Source: Desulfocapsa sulfexigens DSM 10523
Lineage (GTDB): Bacteria > Desulfobacterota > Desulfobulbia > Desulfobulbales > Desulfocapsaceae
Length of the DNA stretch: 32,000 nucleotides
Reading direction: 5' to 3'
NCBI RefSeq assembly: GCF_000341395.1
Contig: NC_020304.1
Coordinates: 2,700,001 to 2,732,000 of the forward strand
The notes under the pieces were generated by a model. The model saw only the letters and a list, made by a program, of their open reading frames with translations, was not told the origin of the DNA and made no database searches. Positions within the stretch are counted from its first letter, which is position 1. Every line of letters begins with the position of its first letter. Below, in pieces: positions 27,193-32,000 of this stretch. The translations under genes and the position numbers were made by a program.

Positions 27193-28200
27193 ATGGCTGA
27201 TAAACATATTTTAATAATTGGAACAGGAAGTGTTGGTAAGAGACATGCTCAAAATCTGCATAAACTTGGCTGTGCAATTAGCTGTGTTGATCCGCGACAC
27301 GATAGGCTTATTGAAGCTACAGAGCAGATAGGGATTAAATTGAATGGCAGCTATAGTTCTCTTGAGGATGCGTTAAAACAATCTACATATGATGGTGCGG
27401 TTGTTGCGTCACCGCCTGTATACCATGTTGAACAGTCTATTGAATGCTTGAAAAACAACATACCAGTTTTGTTGGAGAAGCCTGTCTCTCCCAATCTGCA
27501 GGAGGCGGAGTTGCTGAAAACAGCAGTTATGGATTCAGATGCTCATCTTTTGCTAGGGTATACATGGCGCTGGTGGCCCTCGCTTGTAAGGGTTAAAGAG
27601 ATGCTTGAGGAAAAGGCGGTAGGGAAGCTGTTGCATGTTACATTTGTAATGTCAGCCCATTTGGCTGACTGGCACCCATGGGAACGTTACCAGGATTTTT
27701 TTATGGCGGATCTGGAGCAAGGTGGAGGAGCCTTGTTGGATGAAAGTCATTGGATTGATCAAATGATATGGATGTTAGGCGGGATTCCTCAAGAAGTTAC
27801 CGGCAAGGTCGAAAAGCTTAGCAATTTACAGATCAATTCAGACGATAATGTCGATATTCTGGCTAAATACCCAAATAATATTCGAGTTACTCTTCATTTG
27901 GATCTTTTTGGACGCCCCCATGAAAAATCTATTAAATTCGTTGGGGAAGAAGGAACTATAGTATGGAAAGTGGACGGAATTCTTGTTGGTAAATCCATGG
28001 ATGATGAATGGGAAAAAGAAACTTTTTCATGTGATCGTAATGATATGTTTATTGCTGTTGCTCAAGAATTTTTGGATATTGTAAATGGAGATGTTTCTCC
28101 AAGCTGCACCATTTATGATGGTGTGCAAGTTTTACGAATAATTGAAGCAGTACGTCAGAGTAGCTCAACGGGCGCTACAGTCAAAATGAGGTCAATGTAA
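27193..28200 (+). CDS. Gfo/Idh/MocA-family oxidoreductase
   Basis: ATG at 27193: MADKHILIIGTGSVGKRHAQNLHKLGCAISCVD; VVASPPVYHVEQSIECLKNNIPVLLEKPVSPNLQEAE; GGGALLDESHWIDQMIWMLG. The upstream start at 27136 would overlap the ABC gene. Confidence 0.92.
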   Translation: MADKHILIIGTGSVGKRHAQNLHKLGCAISCVDPRHDRLIEATEQIGIKLNGSYSSLEDALKQSTYDGAVVASPPVYHVEQSIECLKNNIPVLLEKPVSPNLQEAELLKTAVMDSDAHLLLGYTWRWWPSLVRVKEMLEEKAVGKLLHVTFVMSAHLADWHPWERYQDFFMADLEQGGGALLDESHWIDQMIWMLGGIPQEVTGKVEKLSNLQINSDDNVDILAKYPNNIRVTLHLDLFGRPHEKSIKFVGEEGTIVWKVDGILVGKSMDDEWEKETFSCDRNDMFIAVAQEFLDIVNGDVSPSCTIYDGVQVLRIIEAVRQSSSTGATVKMRSM

Positions 28201-28907
28201 TGAATTTGGATTCAATTAATATACTGGCTGTAGTACCAGCTCGTGGTGGGAGTAAAGGGATACCAAAAAAAAATATTCGTAAAATTGGTGGGATATCGCT
28301 CATTGGACGAGTAGGAGAAGTTGTCAAACAGCTGCCATGGATCAACAAGGTGATACTCTCTACAGATGATCCTGAAATGGCCGAGGAGGGTATTAGATTT
28401 GGAATGGATGCTCCCTTTTTACGACCACCAGAATTGAGTTCTGACACTGCAACTGGCATAGATACATGGAAACATGCATTTCAGTTTGCTGAGAAATATT
28501 ATGACATGCAATTTGATCTTTCTGTTTATCTTGAACCAACCAGTCCACTTCGGACGGCAGAAGATGTTGAACGGACTGTATTGATGTTGTCTGACAATGC
28601 TAATATTGCTGCTGCGACCGTAAGCAGAACACCTGGGTCATATACACCGCATAAGACGCTTACTGTTGATGGACATGGACATATCGGTTTTTATCTGAAG
28701 GAGGGAAAAGAGTTCAGTATACGTCAGAAAATACCTTCATATTATCACAGAAATGGGATTTGCTATGCTATGACTCGGGCAGCGTTGTTGGAGCGAAACT
28801 GTATTTTAAATAACAATTGTGCTGCTGTTGTTATTGATAGGCAAGTCGTAAATATTGATGAACCTTATGATCTTGATTATGCACAGTTTTTATATGATCG
28901 TTCCTGA
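28200..28907 (+). CDS. neuA: Acylneuraminate cytidylyltransferase-like protein (NeuA/LegF/PseF family)
   Basis: ILAVVPARGGSKGIPKKNIRKIGGISLIGRV; KVILSTDDPEMAE; LEPTSPLRTAEDVERTV; FYLKEGKEFSIRQKIPSYYHRNGICYAMTR. Confidence 0.92.
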   Translation: MNLDSINILAVVPARGGSKGIPKKNIRKIGGISLIGRVGEVVKQLPWINKVILSTDDPEMAEEGIRFGMDAPFLRPPELSSDTATGIDTWKHAFQFAEKYYDMQFDLSVYLEPTSPLRTAEDVERTVLMLSDNANIAAATVSRTPGSYTPHKTLTVDGHGHIGFYLKEGKEFSIRQKIPSYYHRNGICYAMTRAALLERNCILNNNCAAVVIDRQVVNIDEPYDLDYAQFLYDRS

Positions 28908-29207
28908 CATTGTTTTTTGTCAAAGGGTAATATTACAGTCGTTTGGTTACAGGGGATAGTATTAGTGATTTCATCTGACTGAGCGTTTAATGGAATCATG
29001 CCATTTTTCCAATCCTTGTCAGATGTTGATTTAGTCTGATATCTTATAAACCAAAATCAAGTGTAGCTAGATAGTATTTAATTAGTTTTATAAATGGGGT
29101 TGGGAAGTATCGTTGCCAGTTGTCACTTTATGAGAACAGTTTTATAGATAGCAGGTTTACTGCTGCCTGCCACTATCAATTATGAGAAATTATTACGGGG
29201 AACCAAT

Positions 29208-30569
29208 GTGAAGAAAATTTCAAGACCACCAAAAGTAGACTATTCACTGTTTGTAGAAAAACCTGATACCCTAACTGCTAAATATGGTTTACCCGCAGAG
29301 GTTAAATATTGTAAGAAGTGTGTCATATCAAATCAGCGCCCATCTGCGACAATAGAGTTGAAACACACCTCTACAAGCAACAAGAAAACGATAGGGTTTA
29401 ATGAAAAAGGAGTATGCAGTGCGTGCCAATTTGCTGAGCAGAAAATCAATGCAATTGATTGGGAAACGCGTGGCCTTCAATTAGAAGAGCTGTGTGATAG
29501 GTTCCGGAGAAATGATGGCCGGTATGATTGTATAGTTCCTGGGTCAGGTGGAAAAGATAGCGTCTATACGTCTTTGATTTTAAAAAATAAATATAATATG
29601 CATCCTTTGACTGTCACCTGGGCCCCTCATATTTACACAGAATGGGGGTGGGAAAATTTCCAATCTTGGCTTGGTTCTGGCTTTGATAATCATCTGGTAA
29701 CACCAAATCCAAAAGTTCATCGTTTATTAACCCGACTAGCTGTTGATAACCTCTTTCACCCATTTCAACCATTTATAATCGGACAGAAGGCACTTGCAGC
29801 CAAGATGGCATTACTCTTTGATGTCCCACTTGTTTTCTATGGTGAGAGCAATGCTGAATATGGTAGTCCACAGGAGAAGGGTTCTAAGCGTTCGAGTAAA
29901 TTTTTCACTAGTATAGCCAAAGAGGAAATATATTTGGGGGGAGTCGCTTATAAGGATCTTGTCAATGAATTTGGAATTGAGGACTATGAGTTGAGGCAAT
30001 ATCTTCCCGCTCCTCAGGCAGAGATAGATGATGCTAATATTGAAGTACATAATCTTGGTTATTATGTGAAGTGGCATCCGCAGCATTGTTACTATTATTC
30101 GGTTGAAAATGCTGGTTTTAAGGCATCTCCTGAAAGAACGCCCGGTACTTATAGTAAATACAATAGTATTGATGATCGTATGGATGATTTTCATTATTTC
30201 ACAACCAGAATAAAATTTGGAATTGGACGTGCGACTTATGATGCTGCCCAGGAAATTCGTTCAGGTGACATAACCCGTGAAGAGGGCATCGCTCTAATTC
30301 AAAGATATGATCATGAGTTTCCAGAACGGTTTGCGGAGGAAGTGTATCAATATCTTAGCATACCAGAGAAAGATTTTCCGACGGCTCATAAGATGTTTGA
30401 ACAACCCATTATGGATCGTGAGTATTTTTTACAATTAGCAGATAATTTTCGATCACCTCATCTATGGGAGTATCATAATAATACTTGGAAGTTGAGAGTA
30501 CCTATAGAAAACCAGCCCACTGATCAACAAGAAAATGCAATCCTGTGGAAAGGCAATATTGCTCAATAA
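29208..30569 (+). CDS. N-acetyl sugar amidotransferase (PseA/WbpG-type, PP-loop ATPase)
   Basis: VKYCKKCVISNQRPSATIE; GVCSACQFAEQK; YDCIVPGSGGKDSVYTSLILKNKYNMHPLTVTW; YVKWHPQHCYYYSVENAGF. Confidence 0.92.
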   Translation: MKKISRPPKVDYSLFVEKPDTLTAKYGLPAEVKYCKKCVISNQRPSATIELKHTSTSNKKTIGFNEKGVCSACQFAEQKINAIDWETRGLQLEELCDRFRRNDGRYDCIVPGSGGKDSVYTSLILKNKYNMHPLTVTWAPHIYTEWGWENFQSWLGSGFDNHLVTPNPKVHRLLTRLAVDNLFHPFQPFIIGQKALAAKMALLFDVPLVFYGESNAEYGSPQEKGSKRSSKFFTSIAKEEIYLGGVAYKDLVNEFGIEDYELRQYLPAPQAEIDDANIEVHNLGYYVKWHPQHCYYYSVENAGFKASPERTPGTYSKYNSIDDRMDDFHYFTTRIKFGIGRATYDAAQEIRSGDITREEGIALIQRYDHEFPERFAEEVYQYLSIPEKDFPTAHKMFEQPIMDREYFLQLADNFRSPHLWEYHNNTWKLRVPIENQPTDQQENAILWKGNIAQ

Positions 30570-30586
30570 ATATTTCTCCAAATAAA

Positions 30587-31353
30587 ATGAAGAATAAAAG
30601 ACTTATAGCCAGGATGGATATTAAAGGTCCTAACCTGATTAAAGGCATACAGTTGGAGGGACTAAGAGTTGTTGGTGATCCCAGGGAAGCAGCAATTGAG
30701 TATTATAAGAGTGGTATTGATGAAATAATATTTATTGATGCAGTTGCCAGTTTGTTTAAAAGAAATAATTTAGTCGAGATAGTCAAGCGAGTCTCAAACG
30801 ATGTGTTTATTCCTTTATCTGTTGGTGGTGGAATTCGGTCAGTTGAAGATGTGAAAACTCTACTTCATTCCGGGGCTGATAAAGTTGCAGTTAATACTGC
30901 TGCGCATAGTGATCCACAATTGTTGAGACAAATTGCCAATACCTTTGGGTCTCAATGCCTTGTATTATCAGTTGAGGCCAAAAAAAAAAAGGTGGTGGAT
31001 GGGAAGCTTATACCGATAACGGTCGAGAACATACCGGGAAAGATGTTATTGAATGGGTGAAAAATGGTATTGAGTGTGGTGTGGGTGAAATACTAATAAC
31101 ATCTGTTGATCAAGACGGCACGATGAATGGTTTTGATATTGAGTTGATCGATAAAGTCACCTCTGTTGTAAATGTTCCCGTTATAGCCAGCGGAGGAATG
31201 GGCTCCATTCCTGATTTCTTAGATGCTGTATTAGAAGGTCATGCGGATGCTGTTGCAATGGCGAGTATCCTTCATTATAAACGGATTGCAATTCAGGATA
31301 TCAGGGATGAAGCTCTTAGGCAAAATATTATGGTGAGGACGTATGAGAACTAG
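30587..31353 (+). CDS. hisF: HisF-like (WbpG/PseA-associated) cyclase/ammonia-channel subunit, split by a frame change at an A11 tract
   Basis: N-part MKNKRLIARMDIKGPNLIKGIQLEGLRVVGDPREAAIEYY...FIPLSVGGGIRSVEDV. C-part GEILITSVDQDGTMNGFDIELIDKVTSVVNVPVIASGGMGS. The -1 frame between them reads GGGWEAYTDNGREHTGKDVIEWVKNG. Confidence 0.88.
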
Positions 31354-31990
31354 TGTTGCCATTATTGATGTTGGTATCAATAATCTCTTAAGTGTTACTT
31401 CTGCTTTTGAGTTCTGTGGTGCCAAGGTCTCATTAGTTAAGAATGAAAATGATTTGCTGCAAGCCGAGCGTCTCGTTCTTCCAGGTGTTGGCGCCTTTAA
31501 GGATGGCATGAAGAAATTAGAAGGAGAACAATTAATCAGTGGAATCAAGAAAATTTCTGAGGAAGGTAAGCCTTTGCTTGGTATTTGCCTTGGAATGCAG
31601 ATGCTGTTTGATAGTAGTCTTGAGTTTGGGTTGTCACCTGGATTAGGCTTGATCCCAGGAAAAGTTGTTCCTATCCCTCCAAAAGACAAAAGTGAGAACA
31701 ATATCAGGATTCCACATATCGGCTGGAGTAGCTTGTATCCTTGTGGAGACGCTGGCATGTGGGAAGAGACAGTATTTAAGAAAGTGAAAGTAGGCTCATT
31801 TGTATACTTCGTCCACTCCTTTATGGCCGTTCCAGAGCAAGGGAAACATATTCTTGCTGAGACACAGTATTGTGGGCACAGAATTGTCGCCGCAGTTAAA
31901 AAAGATAATATCTTCGGTTGCCAATTCCATCCAGAGAAAAGTGGTGAGGTAGGATTAAGCATAATTGATGCTTTTTTACAAGAAACTTGA
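31343..31990 (+). CDS. hisH: HisH-like glutamine amidotransferase subunit (LPS-associated HisH2 type)
   Basis: VAIIDVGINNLLSVTSAFEFCGAKV; LVLPGVGAFKDGM; PLLGICLGMQMLFDSS; IPHIGWSSL; YFVHSF; IFGCQFHPEKSG. Confidence 0.94.
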   Translation: MRTSVAIIDVGINNLLSVTSAFEFCGAKVSLVKNENDLLQAERLVLPGVGAFKDGMKKLEGEQLISGIKKISEEGKPLLGICLGMQMLFDSSLEFGLSPGLGLIPGKVVPIPPKDKSENNIRIPHIGWSSLYPCGDAGMWEETVFKKVKVGSFVYFVHSFMAVPEQGKHILAETQYCGHRIVAAVKKDNIFGCQFHPEKSGEVGLSIIDAFLQET

Positions 31991-32000
31991 GGAAAGAGAA

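Noticed and set aside
29811-30194. 127-aa minus-strand ORF
   Set aside because: Antisense to the amidotransferase gene; composition looks like a shadow frame.
31057-31353. Independent 98-aa small gene
   Set aside because: It is the C-terminal part of the hisF-like gene separated by the frame change at the A11 tract.
31231-31962. 243-aa ORF on the minus strand
   Set aside because: Lies opposite the clearly recognisable hisH and the end of hisF; no family-like motifs; shadow ORF.
1-32000. CRISPR arrays, retrons, toxin-antitoxin or defence islands
   Set aside because: No regularly spaced repeats, reverse transcriptase, Cas, or restriction/toxin motifs seen in the supplied ORFs; the methyltransferases look like small-molecule/glycan enzymes rather than DNA methylases.

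Overview
This 32 kb, moderately AT-rich window looks like the middle of a large surface-glycan locus (O-antigen, capsule or flagellin glycosylation). All backbone genes are on the + strand. In order: the 3' end of a PseI/NeuB-family synthase; an OafA-like membrane acyltransferase with C-terminal SGNH-like domain; an internally deleted IS4-family element; a zinc-ribbon methyltransferase; an IS3-family element; neuB, neuC; a 2-hydroxyacid dehydrogenase; an acetolactate-synthase-like ThDP enzyme; a 'surface carbohydrate biosynthesis' GT-B-like protein; a HpcH/HpaI aldolase; an SGNH/MBOAT pair; a kdsB-like cytidylyltransferase; a methyltransferase; a Gfo/Idh/MocA oxidoreductase; an APH-like kinase; a methyltransferase; a GmhA-like SIS isomerase; an IMPase-like phosphatase; a second 2-hydroxyacid dehydrogenase; a sulfotransferase-like protein; an MsbA/PglK-like ABC exporter; a second Gfo/Idh/MocA oxidoreductase; neuA; a PseA/WbpG-type amidotransferase; and hisF/hisH homologues. 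The most interesting sequence-level observations are: (1) the hisF-like gene is split at an A11-G tract carrying A_AAA_AAG, where a -1 shift or one extra A restores the full protein; (2) a diverged duplication of the [oxidoreductase - start of SIS gene] segment flanks a two-gene cassette, with complementary truncation of the two copies and an edge in the loop of a 14-bp perfect hairpin; (3) an unusual set of hydroxyacid dehydrogenases, ThDP enzyme, pyruvate-type aldolase and KdsB-like enzyme may encode an uncharacterised acidic or branched sugar. I found no CRISPR array, tRNA, rRNA or recognisable defence system.
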